A DNA stretch of 47,630 nt from an archaeon BMS3Bbin15 (GTDB taxonomy: Archaea > Hydrothermarchaeota > Hydrothermarchaeia > Hydrothermarchaeales > BMS3B): positions 1 through 47,630 of the forward strand of contig BDTY01000099.1 of the NCBI GenBank assembly GCA_002897955.1, written 5' to 3'. Below, piece by piece: positions 9,031 through 18,156 of this stretch. Each line of letters begins with the position of its first letter. Position 1 is the stretch's first letter. The position numbers and the translations under genes were made by a program. A model generated the notes under the pieces. The model was given only the letters and a program-made list of their open reading frames with translations, had not been told where the DNA came from and made no database searches.

Positions 9031-9438
9031 ATGCTGGAATTTACTCTCATAACCGGAAGGACTGTGACACAGGGTGAAGCCATGGAAAAAGGAAAAAATC
9101 TTGAGAATTTCTCCAGAGCCTGTGCTTCTGTGGAGTTAGACCCTAATGATATGGTGAAAATAGGGGTCAGGGAGGGCGATACAGTTAAAGTTGAAACCCC
9201 AGCAGGGAGTGTTGCTGTAAAGGCAGTAAAATCAAAGGATGCACCTCATGAGGGAATAGCATTTATGCCACTGGGACCCTGGGCAAATACTCTTATAGGC
9301 TCAGGTACAGACGGCACCGGCATGCCTCCCTTTAAAGGAATAAAAGCAAAGGTTGTGCCTGCTCCTGATGACAATGTGCTTGGTACTGAAGAACTTGTTG
9401 AAACTCTCTATTCAAAATTTCTTGAAGATAAAGGGTGA
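9031..9438 (+). CDS. fwdD: Formylmethanofuran dehydrogenase subunit D
   Basis: LITGRTVTQG, FMPLGPWAN, TDGTGMPPFKG; ATG 9031 follows SD GAGGT. Confidence 0.93.
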   Translation: MLEFTLITGRTVTQGEAMEKGKNLENFSRACASVELDPNDMVKIGVREGDTVKVETPAGSVAVKAVKSKDAPHEGIAFMPLGPWANTLIGSGTDGTGMPPFKGIKAKVVPAPDDNVLGTEELVETLYSKFLEDKG

Positions 9439-10742
9439 GAATTATGATTCACAATGATATTGTGTGCACCTTCTGTGGAACCCTCTGCGATGACATACAG
9501 GTGGAGACAGAAGGTGATGTAATTGAAGAGATAAGGCATGCCTGTAGAATAGGTACAGCCAAATTCCTGAGTGCCAACGATATGGAACACAGGCTTCTAA
9601 AGCCCATGGTGAGAAAAAATGGAAAACTGGTTGAAGTTACACTTGAAGAGGCTATAGATAGAGCTGCTGAAATTCTAAGGAAAGCAACCAAACCACTGTT
9701 ATATGGCTGGAGTTCTACAAGCTGTGAGGCTGATAAGGTTGGAGTAGAGATAGCAGAAAATCTCGGAGCACTTATAGACAGCACCTCAACTGTATGCCAT
9801 GGCCCCAGTGTTCTTGCAGTTCACGATGTAGGGATGTCAACCTGCACACTTGGTGAGGTTAAAAACAGAGCAGACCTTGTCATATACTGGGGCTCAAATC
9901 CCATGCATGGACATCCAAGGCATCTCTCAAGGTATTCCATATTTCCAAGAGGTTACTTCAGAGAAAGGGGTCAGCAGGACAGAAAACTTGTTGTAATTGA
10001 TGTAAGAAAAACTGATACTGCAAAGCTCGCTAATCTTTTCATTCCTATGGATTATGGCAAAGATTATGAGGTCCTTTCTGCTCTCAGAAAAGTGGTTAAT
10101 GGCGGAGAGCTGAAGATTGATAGTATCGGAGGAGTTTCGAGGCAGAAGATTGAAGAACTTGCAGATATTATGAAGAAAGCCCAGTTTGGAGTTATATTCT
10201 TTGGTATGGGGCTCACCCAGAGCTTCGGAAAGCACAGAAATGTTGACAATGCTATTTCCCTTGTTAGAGACCTGAATGCTCACACCAAATTTGTTATAAT
10301 GCCCATGAGGGGACACTATAACGTGGTTGGTTTCACTGAAGTTCTATCCTGGCAGGCAGGTTTTCCCTTTGCAGTAGATTTCTCAAGAGGTTATGCAAGA
10401 TACAATCCTGGCGAAACTACTGCCAATGATGTGCTCCAGCGTGGAGAGCTGGATGCTGCCCTTATAATTGCTTCAGACCCTGTTTCCAACTTTCCAAAGA
10501 AGAGTGTTGAAAATCTTGTAAAGATACCCTATATCGCTATAGATATACACCCTACCCCGACCACTGCTATGGCTGATGTTGTTATACCAACTGCCATAGC
10601 TGGAATAGAGGTTGAAGGCACTGCCTATAGAATGGATGCAATTCCTATCAGACTGAGAAAGGTCAAGGAACCTCCAGAAGGTATACTTGATGATGTTGAA
10701 ATCCTTGAAAGGCTCAGGGATAGGCTTCTGGAGAGTGAGTGA
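9435..10742 (+). CDS. fwdB: Formylmethanofuran dehydrogenase subunit B (W/Mo-bisPGD catalytic, Cys ligand)
   Basis: CTFCGTLCDD, TVCHGPS, CTLGEVKNRAD, HPRHLSRY, MRGHYNV, GTAYRMD. Confidence 0.96.
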   Translation: MRIMIHNDIVCTFCGTLCDDIQVETEGDVIEEIRHACRIGTAKFLSANDMEHRLLKPMVRKNGKLVEVTLEEAIDRAAEILRKATKPLLYGWSSTSCEADKVGVEIAENLGALIDSTSTVCHGPSVLAVHDVGMSTCTLGEVKNRADLVIYWGSNPMHGHPRHLSRYSIFPRGYFRERGQQDRKLVVIDVRKTDTAKLANLFIPMDYGKDYEVLSALRKVVNGGELKIDSIGGVSRQKIEELADIMKKAQFGVIFFGMGLTQSFGKHRNVDNAISLVRDLNAHTKFVIMPMRGHYNVVGFTEVLSWQAGFPFAVDFSRGYARYNPGETTANDVLQRGELDAALIIASDPVSNFPKKSVENLVKIPYIAIDIHPTPTTAMADVVIPTAIAGIEVEGTAYRMDAIPIRLRKVKEPPEGILDDVEILERLRDRLLESE

Positions 10743-10743
10743 A

Positions 10744-12447
10744 ATGGAGCTTGTGCTTAAAAACGGTTTTGTTTATGACCCTGCAAATAATATAAATGGT
10801 GAAAAGAAAGATATTTTTATAAAGAATGGTAAGATTGTCGAAAGTGTAAATAGAAATGCAAAGAAAATTGACTGCTCAGGCAAAATTGTCATGCCAGGTG
10901 GTGTTGAGATTCACAGTCATATTGCCGGTGGCAAGGTTAATTCTGGAAGAATTCTCAGACCTGAGGACCACTTCAAACATGTACAGGTAAAGACAGAACT
11001 CAGAAGAGGCTGCACAGGTTATTCCACACCCACAACCTTTACAGCAGGTTATCTTTACTCCCAGCTCGGCTATACCACAGCTTTCACAGGAGCAATTCCT
11101 CCTCTTACGGCAAGACATACGCACGAGGAACTTCATGATATACCCATGCTGGATAAGTCTGGACTTGTACTCATGGGCAACAACTGGTTTCTGCTGAAAT
11201 ATCTCAGAGATAAGGATTATGAGAGAGCAGCAGTGTATGCTGCCTGGCTTCTGAAGGCTACCAGAGGCTATGCCATAAAAATTGTTAATCCTGGCGGTGG
11301 AGAGGCCTGGGGCTGGGGTAAAAATGTGAGAGGCCTTGATGACCCTGTACCCCATTTCGACATAACACCCGGAGAGATTATCTCAGGTCTTATGAAGGTG
11401 AATGAGCTTCTCAATCTTCCCCACTCAATTCATGTCCATTTCAATAATCTTGGAAGAGCGGGCAACTATAAAACAACTATTGACTCTCTTGAACTTACCA
11501 GAGGCAAAAAAAGTTCCCGTGACAGGCAGGTTATGCAGGCTACCCATCTCCAGTTTCATAGTTATGGTGGTGACTCCTGGAAAACCTTCGAGAGCAGGAG
11601 CGATGAAATTGCAAAAGATGTAAACGGACGTGATAATATTGTTATGGACACAGGCAATTTAATATTTGGTGACACAACAACAATGACGGCCGATGCTCCA
11701 ATGGAATACTATCTGGCCTCTCTTACAAAGTATAAGTGGATGAACAGAGATATTGAACTTGAAACCTCGCCAGGTGTCACCCCTATGTTCTACTCAAAGA
11801 AAAGTCCGATTTCTACAGTACAGTGGGCTGTTGGTCTGGAACTTGCTCTCCTGATAGATGACCCCTGGAAGGTTATGATAACAACAGACCATCCAAACGG
11901 CGGCCCCTTTATAAACTATCCGACAATATTTGCCTGGCTTATGAGTAATAAATATAGAGAGGAAACCATGGCAGGTCTAAACAGTGCTGTTGAGAAGAAA
12001 GCAATTTTAGCAACTATTGACAGAGAGCTGGACTTCAATGAAATAGCAATAGGAACGAGAGCAGCTCAGGCAAAAAGTCTGGGACTGCAGGAAACCAAAG
12101 GCCATCTCGGTGCTAGTGCTGATGCTGATATAGCAGTCTATGATATTAATCCAGAGGTTATTGACCCCTCGAGAGATTATAAGGCTATTGAGAAGAGTTT
12201 CAGAATGGCAGCTTACACAATAAAAGATGGTAAAATTCTTGTCAGAGATGGAGAGATAGTCAATATTGTGGATGGAAAAACCTTATATGTTAATGCAGAG
12301 GTTGGAGAGGAGCTTAAAAAGGATGTGATGAAGGATATTGAATACAATTTCAAGCGCTTCTACTCGGTAAATCTCAACAACTATCCTGTGCAGGAACTCT
12401 ATCTAACCAATCCAACAGCTATTAATATTGAAACGAAATTAGAGTGA
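10744..12447 (+). CDS. fwdA: Formylmethanofuran dehydrogenase subunit A (amidohydrolase)
   Basis: HSHIAGGKVN, KIVNPGG, LPHSIHVH, HLQFHSYGG, TTDHPNGGPF. Confidence 0.96.
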   Translation: MELVLKNGFVYDPANNINGEKKDIFIKNGKIVESVNRNAKKIDCSGKIVMPGGVEIHSHIAGGKVNSGRILRPEDHFKHVQVKTELRRGCTGYSTPTTFTAGYLYSQLGYTTAFTGAIPPLTARHTHEELHDIPMLDKSGLVLMGNNWFLLKYLRDKDYERAAVYAAWLLKATRGYAIKIVNPGGGEAWGWGKNVRGLDDPVPHFDITPGEIISGLMKVNELLNLPHSIHVHFNNLGRAGNYKTTIDSLELTRGKKSSRDRQVMQATHLQFHSYGGDSWKTFESRSDEIAKDVNGRDNIVMDTGNLIFGDTTTMTADAPMEYYLASLTKYKWMNRDIELETSPGVTPMFYSKKSPISTVQWAVGLELALLIDDPWKVMITTDHPNGGPFINYPTIFAWLMSNKYREETMAGLNSAVEKKAILATIDRELDFNEIAIGTRAAQAKSLGLQETKGHLGASADADIAVYDINPEVIDPSRDYKAIEKSFRMAAYTIKDGKILVRDGEIVNIVDGKTLYVNAEVGEELKKDVMKDIEYNFKRFYSVNLNNYPVQELYLTNPTAINIETKLE

Positions 12448-13241
12448 TGGCAATGAAAGATATACTACTTAAACCCCTGGACCAGCCGGTTTACACTCTT
12501 GAAGCTGAGGCTGTAACACCTGATAACTTTGCTGGTAAGAGCATTGAAGAGATTCTGGAACTTGAAGTTTATTATGGTAACAGGGTTGGAAAGCTTAGAG
12601 ATTTCTTTGATTTATCAGGAGAGGCCCCAGACAATCCTGAAGAGCTGAGAATAGTTATTGACGGTGATATTCCGGGAGTAAAAAGGATAGGGCAGAAAAT
12701 GAATGCAGGTGAGATACTTGTAAAAGGTAGTGCCGGCATGTATGTTGGAGCGCTGATGGAAGGTGGCAAAATTACAGTGGAAGGTAATGTTGACTCTTTC
12801 TCCGGCATGATGATGAGAGGCGGTGAGATTTATATCAAAGGGGATGCTGGAGAATATCTTGGTTGCACATACCGTGGCGATAGACTCGGAATGAGAGGCG
12901 GTATTATAATTGTGGAAGGTAATTCTGGAATTGAGACAGGTCAGTTTCTCAATGGCGGAAAGATAATAGTCAAAGGAAATACTGGAGCTTTTACAGGAGT
13001 GCACATGAAGAAAGGCATAATTGTGGTGGACGGCAAAGCTGGAGTAAGAACAGGAGGTCAGATGGTTGGCGGGGCTATTGTTGTTAAAGGTAGGATTGAA
13101 AGCCTTCTGCCAGGTTTTGACCTTGATAAAAGGGTTGAGAATCCTTTTGTAGAAAACGAGCCTTTTGACGGAAGTTTTGATAAATATTCAGGAGACAATG
13201 CAGAGAAAGGAGCCAAAGGCTCACTATATGTGAAAATTTAG
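12444..13241 (+). CDS. fwdC: Formylmethanofuran dehydrogenase subunit C
   Basis: Repeated GxxMxGGxIxVxG beta-helix units, YRGD; last gene of the operon. Confidence 0.95.
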   Translation: MMAMKDILLKPLDQPVYTLEAEAVTPDNFAGKSIEEILELEVYYGNRVGKLRDFFDLSGEAPDNPEELRIVIDGDIPGVKRIGQKMNAGEILVKGSAGMYVGALMEGGKITVEGNVDSFSGMMMRGGEIYIKGDAGEYLGCTYRGDRLGMRGGIIIVEGNSGIETGQFLNGGKIIVKGNTGAFTGVHMKKGIIVVDGKAGVRTGGQMVGGAIVVKGRIESLLPGFDLDKRVENPFVENEPFDGSFDKYSGDNAEKGAKGSLYVKI

Positions 13242-13570
13242 TTTTTTTGAGAAATCCCTGCTAAAATTAAGATAATGAGGACAGGTAAATAAAAAATCCC
13301 AACACTGAAGATAGAAATCGCCGTTCCTAAGGCAAACAAAAATATTAAACTCCAGAATATTATCTTATTGTAGGTATTTTTCTCTGTTATTATACCAATA
13401 GAATAAACCGCAATTAACAACGATATAATCCCCATATACAAACAGAAAAACAAACAGAAAATAGAAAAATAAAAACCTGTGGGTATTTGATTATAGAAAA
13501 TAACTGAAAGTATCAGTGATAAAATTGATACAATTCCTGATGTTACGAGAGATTTATTTTTCATGCACAC
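13238..13570 (-). CDS. Small hydrophobic membrane protein (about 4 TM), AT-rich
   Basis: Long hydrophobic runs; SD GGTGG upstream suggests the ATG at 13564 is the real start. Confidence 0.6.
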   Translation of the reverse strand: MCMKNKSLVTSGIVSILSLILSVIFYNQIPTGFYFSIFCLFFCLYMGIISLLIAVYSIGIITEKNTYNKIIFWSLIFLFALGTAISIFSVGIFYLPVLIILILAGISQKN

Positions 13571-13575
13571 CCACC

Positions 13576-13742
13576 AATTTTAGAGAGATATCAGAGGTCT
13601 TGAAAAAAGTACAGTTATAAAGCATGTCAGAACACTTGTTGATTCAGGGCTACTGGAAATTAAAAATAATGGTAGATTTAAGAGATATTTTATCAAAGAA
13701 AATGTTATAGATTCTATCGTTATGTTTGGATTTAATAGGTAA
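13576..13742 (+). pseudogene. Remnant of an ArsR-like winged-helix regulator
   Basis: Hand translation NFREISE / frameshift / GLEKSTVIKHVRTLVDSGLLEIKNNGRFKRYF...; no in-frame start, in-frame TAG at 13581. Confidence 0.6.
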
Positions 13743-13798
13743 TTGACATATTTTCTACATTATTCGAATTTTTCTTTTTTATTAAGTCATTAATAAAA

Positions 13799-14401
13799 TT
13801 ACAGGTCATCAACGCTCTCCCACAGGCTCAGCTTCTGTTTCAGTAACTTAACCTTCTCTTCAAGCTTTTTATTCTCCTTCTTCAGCTGTTCTATAAGTCT
13901 GTCTCTATCGGCAGTGTACTTCGAAAGAGCTTCTTTAGTCTTGGTTTTAAATTCTTTCAGCTTCTCATCCCTTTCCTTCCTGTAAATATCGAGCTCTGCC
14001 TTCAGTTTGTCGATTTCACTATTCAGCATAGCAAATTTTTCTCTATACATTTCAACTGTTTCATCAAGAGCACTCACCTTTCTAAGTTCCTCCTCAACTC
14101 CAGCCTCCCTTTTCTTCAATTCAATCTCTTTTTGATCCAGTTCACCCTCCCTTTCAAGAGATTCCCTCTCAAGTTCATTTAGCCTCTCCTTTATTCTTTT
14201 ATTCTCTCTCTCAAGGTCTTCCTTTCTTGAGAAAATCTCAGCCTTCTCATTATCAATACCACCAATAGTTTTTTTGAATTTTTCTGCCATTTTTCTATAT
14301 TTTTTTACGTAGAGGCTTAAAATCAGAGAAATCAATACAAAGAAAGCTATTACTGCAATCTGGATTTCACCAAACCTTGCCCCTGCTATATTTAAATCCA
14401 T
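13799..14401 (-). CDS. Membrane-anchored coiled-coil protein (200 aa)
   Basis: Single N-terminal TM followed by KKYRK, then E/K-rich heptad-like sequence to the C-terminus. Confidence 0.8.
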   Translation of the reverse strand: MDLNIAGARFGEIQIAVIAFFVLISLILSLYVKKYRKMAEKFKKTIGGIDNEKAEIFSRKEDLERENKRIKERLNELERESLEREGELDQKEIELKKREAGVEEELRKVSALDETVEMYREKFAMLNSEIDKLKAELDIYRKERDEKLKEFKTKTKEALSKYTADRDRLIEQLKKENKKLEEKVKLLKQKLSLWESVDDL

Positions 14402-14409
14402 TCCATCAC

Positions 14410-15351
14410 CTAAAGATTATCTATCTCCATTAGCCTTATTTTTTCTCTGAGCTGTTTGTTTTCCTTCTTAATAATATCCATTTCAGCTTTGATATCTGCT
14501 ATCTCTTTTTCTTTTTCCTTTGTAATAGTCTCTATAGCATCCTTTGTTCTGAGTTTTATTTCCTCTATTCTTGTATTAAGAGATTTGTCAAGTTCTTCCT
14601 TCTCTCTTTCTACTCTGTTTAACTCAAGCTCCTTCTCCCTCTCAAGTCTCTCCTTAAGTTTTTCAATATCCTGCTCCCTCTCAATGCTTATCTCCTCAAT
14701 CCTGCCTTCAAGCGAGTTTATCTTCGTTTCATAATCGCTACGCCTTCTCTCTATTTCCTTCTGAGCATCTAGAAGCTTCATATCATATTTTTTCTCAAGA
14801 TTCAGAAGTTTTTCCTCATACTCTTTCCTTATTAAATCTTTATCTCTGGCAAAGCTCAACTTAAACTCTTCAACTTCCTTCTCTTTCTCAAGAATTTTAT
14901 GTTCCGCCTGTTTTTCAATTATTTCCTTCTCCCTTTTAAGTTTCTCTTCCTGCACTTCTATTCCATCCTTGAATTCACCCATTTTTTTTCTGAGAAACTC
15001 TATCTCCTCCCTGAGAGCGACTACCTTCTCCAATTCTTTTCTGCTTTCTTCAACTTCTTTTCTGGACTCTTCCTCCCTTCTTTTAATCTGCTCCATCTCC
15101 AGTTCCAGCTTCTCCCTGACCTCCATATTTTTCTTCTCAAGAGTTTCTTTCTCTGACTGAAGCGCCTCTACCTGCCTCAAAAGTCTGGTTTTTTCTTTAT
15201 CTTCCATCTGTAAAATTTTCCTGTCCGGCTTATTTCTTCCCCTTCTAATTAAAAACAGGAGGATAATAAGAAACACTGCTACTGCCGCCACAGCATAAAC
15301 CATATTTTCGGTAAAAAAGTTACCAGGGTTGTAGGGCAGATTTAAAACCAT
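14410..15351 (-). CDS. Membrane-anchored long coiled-coil protein (313 aa)
   Basis: Single N-terminal TM followed by RRGRNK, then about 270 aa of E/K/R-rich sequence with no Pro after residue 42. Confidence 0.8.
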   Translation of the reverse strand: MVLNLPYNPGNFFTENMVYAVAAVAVFLIILLFLIRRGRNKPDRKILQMEDKEKTRLLRQVEALQSEKETLEKKNMEVREKLELEMEQIKRREEESRKEVEESRKELEKVVALREEIEFLRKKMGEFKDGIEVQEEKLKREKEIIEKQAEHKILEKEKEVEEFKLSFARDKDLIRKEYEEKLLNLEKKYDMKLLDAQKEIERRRSDYETKINSLEGRIEEISIEREQDIEKLKERLEREKELELNRVEREKEELDKSLNTRIEEIKLRTKDAIETITKEKEKEIADIKAEMDIIKKENKQLREKIRLMEIDNL

Positions 15352-15477
15352 GAGTTAGTGTATTACTTTCCGGGTTAAATAAACCTTACGTTTACCACTC
15401 ATTCGGATATGAAATACCACAAATACCAATACCATCTGGAAAAGCTTTTATAATATGCAATAAAAGATGTTACATAG

Positions 15478-15981
15478 ATGTGGGAAGAAATCAGCCAGGA
15501 ATTTAAAAATTATCCCTACCAGAAGAAGGTTGCTCTTTTTTTATTAAGTAAGGGGTTGAGAGTCAATAAAGAAGCTAAAATATGCCTGGAAAAAATTGAA
15601 ATTCCTCATGCAAAAATAGCCAGAGTACTTCAGATTGACAGAAGAGTTGTGGATGCAACGGCAAAGAGAATAAAGGATAGAGAAAAGCTCTTCAGGATAT
15701 TCTCAAACCTGGATACTATTCCATTTCTTAAGAATGTTGCACTTCATATAGGCCTCAACGTTCTTATTATAACCCCTCAGGATGCTTCGAAGCCCGGAAT
15801 AATGGGTAATGTAACATCAAAACTGGCTGAAGAGGGTATTCCAATACGCCAGGCTATTGCCGATGACCCGTATTTAACTGAAAATCCAAAACTCACTATA
15901 ATTACTGATATTGAGATAAAAGGTGAAGTCCTGAATGAGCTGAAGAGGATAGAAGGTGTCAAGGAATTAACAATATTTTAA
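15478..15981 (+). CDS. ACT-domain regulator of amino acid metabolism (COG2150-like)
   Basis: KIARVLQIDRRVV HTH-like segment; DASKPGI and IRQAIADDP ACT segment. Confidence 0.85.
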   Translation: MWEEISQEFKNYPYQKKVALFLLSKGLRVNKEAKICLEKIEIPHAKIARVLQIDRRVVDATAKRIKDREKLFRIFSNLDTIPFLKNVALHIGLNVLIITPQDASKPGIMGNVTSKLAEEGIPIRQAIADDPYLTENPKLTIITDIEIKGEVLNELKRIEGVKELTIF

Positions 15982-16472
15982 ATCATCCAGGAAGTTATTT
16001 CCCGGTGAAGCTTTTTCATCCTTTCCACTGCAGGATGTTTTTTTCCAAGCTTTTTCTCAAAAAGTTTTATACTCTCATCAAAGCTGATTCTCTTTGACCC
16101 GACAGTAAGGTTGTCGGCATAGGCAACGATTTTTTCTTCAGGTGTTTCTGGCATATAGTCGCCAGATGGGAGTCCGAGAGCTATGGCTTCATCAGACGTC
16201 AATCCTGCACCAATATGGCATCTGATTATATTCACAACCCTGTCATCCAGTACAAGACTCTCTGCCAGTCTCGCTCCCTCTGACACGTGGGTTATGTCAT
16301 GAGTAATATTCCTTCCAATATCGTGCAGTATTGCTCCGGTAAAAATAAGCTGTTTATCCACAGGGATTTTAACTTTTTCTGCAATTTCAAGAGCAGTATC
16401 AGAAACAGCATTTAAATGTTCAATAACCCCTGAATCAAGTTTCAACTTTTTAAGAATTTTCTCTGGCTCCAT
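15978..16472 (-). CDS. HD-domain (HDIG) phosphohydrolase
   Basis: H...LHDIGR, HIGAG, PETPEEKIVAYADNL; start moved to the ATG at 16472 after SD GAGG. Confidence 0.9.
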   Translation of the reverse strand: MEPEKILKKLKLDSGVIEHLNAVSDTALEIAEKVKIPVDKQLIFTGAILHDIGRNITHDITHVSEGARLAESLVLDDRVVNIIRCHIGAGLTSDEAIALGLPSGDYMPETPEEKIVAYADNLTVGSKRISFDESIKLFEKKLGKKHPAVERMKKLHREITSWMI

Positions 16473-16983
16473 TCGATAGTTCCTCTTCAAGTCTTTTAAC
16501 TTCACCTTTAAGATTCATTACCATTTCGATATTATCAACACATTCAAGAACCCCGTTACATCTGGGGCATCTGAACTTATAATCAGCAGCTCTGTCAAAT
16601 GGAACCTTGGTGTTGTCTGACCGGCACCTGAAGAAAACATTATTCTGCTCAAATTCCAATCTTTTCTTCATATCTTCAAGTTTTCTTTTCTTCAGCGTCT
16701 TTATTATCTCATTAACCTTATTTAAATGCAAAGTCCAGGTGTAAATATACCAGCCAATCTCTCTATCTTTTGTTCGGTTGTAACTGGCTATTCTATACTC
16801 ATATAATTTATATAGAGCTCTTCTTACTGTATTCAGCCTTAAACCTGTTTCTTCTGAAATCTCTTCATCTGTAGCTTTCTTTTCCATCAGAGCATAGACT
16901 ACATCTATACTCTCCTCATCCAGAATCTCTATCAACAGATTCTTTACCTCTGGATCACTGAGAAGCGATTTTATATTATCCAA
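16450..16983 (-). CDS. tfe: Transcription factor E (TFE alpha)
   Basis: TDEEISEETGLRLNTVRRALYKLYE wHTH, GWYIYTW, FRCPRC Zn ribbon; TTG start after SD GGAGG. Confidence 0.95.
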   Translation of the reverse strand: MDNIKSLLSDPEVKNLLIEILDEESIDVVYALMEKKATDEEISEETGLRLNTVRRALYKLYEYRIASYNRTKDREIGWYIYTWTLHLNKVNEIIKTLKKRKLEDMKKRLEFEQNNVFFRCRSDNTKVPFDRAADYKFRCPRCNGVLECVDNIEMVMNLKGEVKRLEEELSNGARENS

Positions 16984-17091
16984 GCGGTCATCCTCCAGTT
17001 TAAATTATGAACTTAAGAGAATATAAATTTTTGTTAACTATAATATCTTACAAGGTTAACCAGAATAACTCTATTCTGACCAGGTGATTCA

Positions 17092-18156
17092 ATGCAGAGA
17101 GCACTGGATATACTCAAAAGAGATGCAAATGGATTTCTTGAACTTCCGAGGGTTCAACTTGAATCAAAGTTAACATTCTCAAAAAATCTCTTCATACCTG
17201 TAACCAATGCATGCAGAAACTCCTGCTCCTACTGCAGCTTCAGACTGGGAAAAACATATCTTCTGAGCAGAAGCAGGGTAACGAAGATGCTGGAAAATGG
17301 GAAAAAGTATGGATGTAAGGAAGCACTGTTTACCCTTGGGGAGAGGCCTGAGAACAATAAAGATGTGGGTAAAAAGCTGAAGAAATGGGGTTACTCCAAT
17401 ATTACCGAGTACCTCTATGAACTATGTGAAATTGCTCTCAGCATGAAGCTTCTCCCACATACCAACCCAGGCTCTGCAGATTATGAAGGACTGAAGATGC
17501 TCAGAGAGGTAAATGCCAGTATGGGTACCATGCTTGAAAATGCAAGCCCGAGACTTTCTGAAGAGGGCATGCCACATGAAAATAGCCCGGGAAAGCACCC
17601 TAAAGAGAGAATTAAAGTTCTTGAATCTGCCGGAAAACTTAAAATACCCTTTACCACAGGCATTCTGGTTGGAATAGGAGAAACTTCCGAGGAAATTGCA
17701 TTATCACTTGAGGTTATCGAAGAATTAAATAGAAAATATAAACATATTCAGGAGGTTATTGTTCAGAACTTCAAGCCAAAGAAGGGAACTCCCATGGAAA
17801 ATTATAAAGAGCCAGATATTTTTAAAATGATTAAGGTTGTTCGTGCTGCAAGAGAAGTTCTGACATCTCCTGTTCAGGTCCCGCCGAATCTTAACACCCA
17901 CACCTATCCCATCTTTGTGCTTTACGGCGCCTCTGACTTTGGAGGAGTTTCACCAGTTACAAAGGATTATATAAATCCCGAGGCAGCCTGGCCAGAGCTT
18001 GAGGAGCTTTTTAAAGCTTCTGAAAGGCTTGGACTCGAACTTAGAGAGAGGCTTCCGGTATATCCCAAATATATAAAAGAAAGATGGTACTCAGATAGAG
18101 TTGGTGAAGTGATAAATCTTTATGCTGATGACGAGGGTATGGTAACCTATGAATAA
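17092..18156 (+). CDS. cofG: FO synthase subunit CofG (radical SAM)
   Basis: TFSKNLFIPVTNACRNSCSYCSF, LPHTNPG, ASMGTMLE, FTTGILVGIGE, QVPPNL, GGVSPVT. Confidence 0.94.
   Translation: MQRALDILKRDANGFLELPRVQLESKLTFSKNLFIPVTNACRNSCSYCSFRLGKTYLLSRSRVTKMLENGKKYGCKEALFTLGERPENNKDVGKKLKKWGYSNITEYLYELCEIALSMKLLPHTNPGSADYEGLKMLREVNASMGTMLENASPRLSEEGMPHENSPGKHPKERIKVLESAGKLKIPFTTGILVGIGETSEEIALSLEVIEELNRKYKHIQEVIVQNFKPKKGTPMENYKEPDIFKMIKVVRAAREVLTSPVQVPPNLNTHTYPIFVLYGASDFGGVSPVTKDYINPEAAWPELEELFKASERLGLELRERLPVYPKYIKERWYSDRVGEVINLYADDEGMVTYE

Noticed and set aside
9435..10742. Selenocysteine in FwdB
   Set aside because: The metal-ligand position reads TGC (TVCHGP) and the ORF has no in-frame TGA
15412..15435. 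Three AATACCA copies upstream of the ACT-domain gene
   Set aside because: Short, irregular spacing; could be slippage, no independent support
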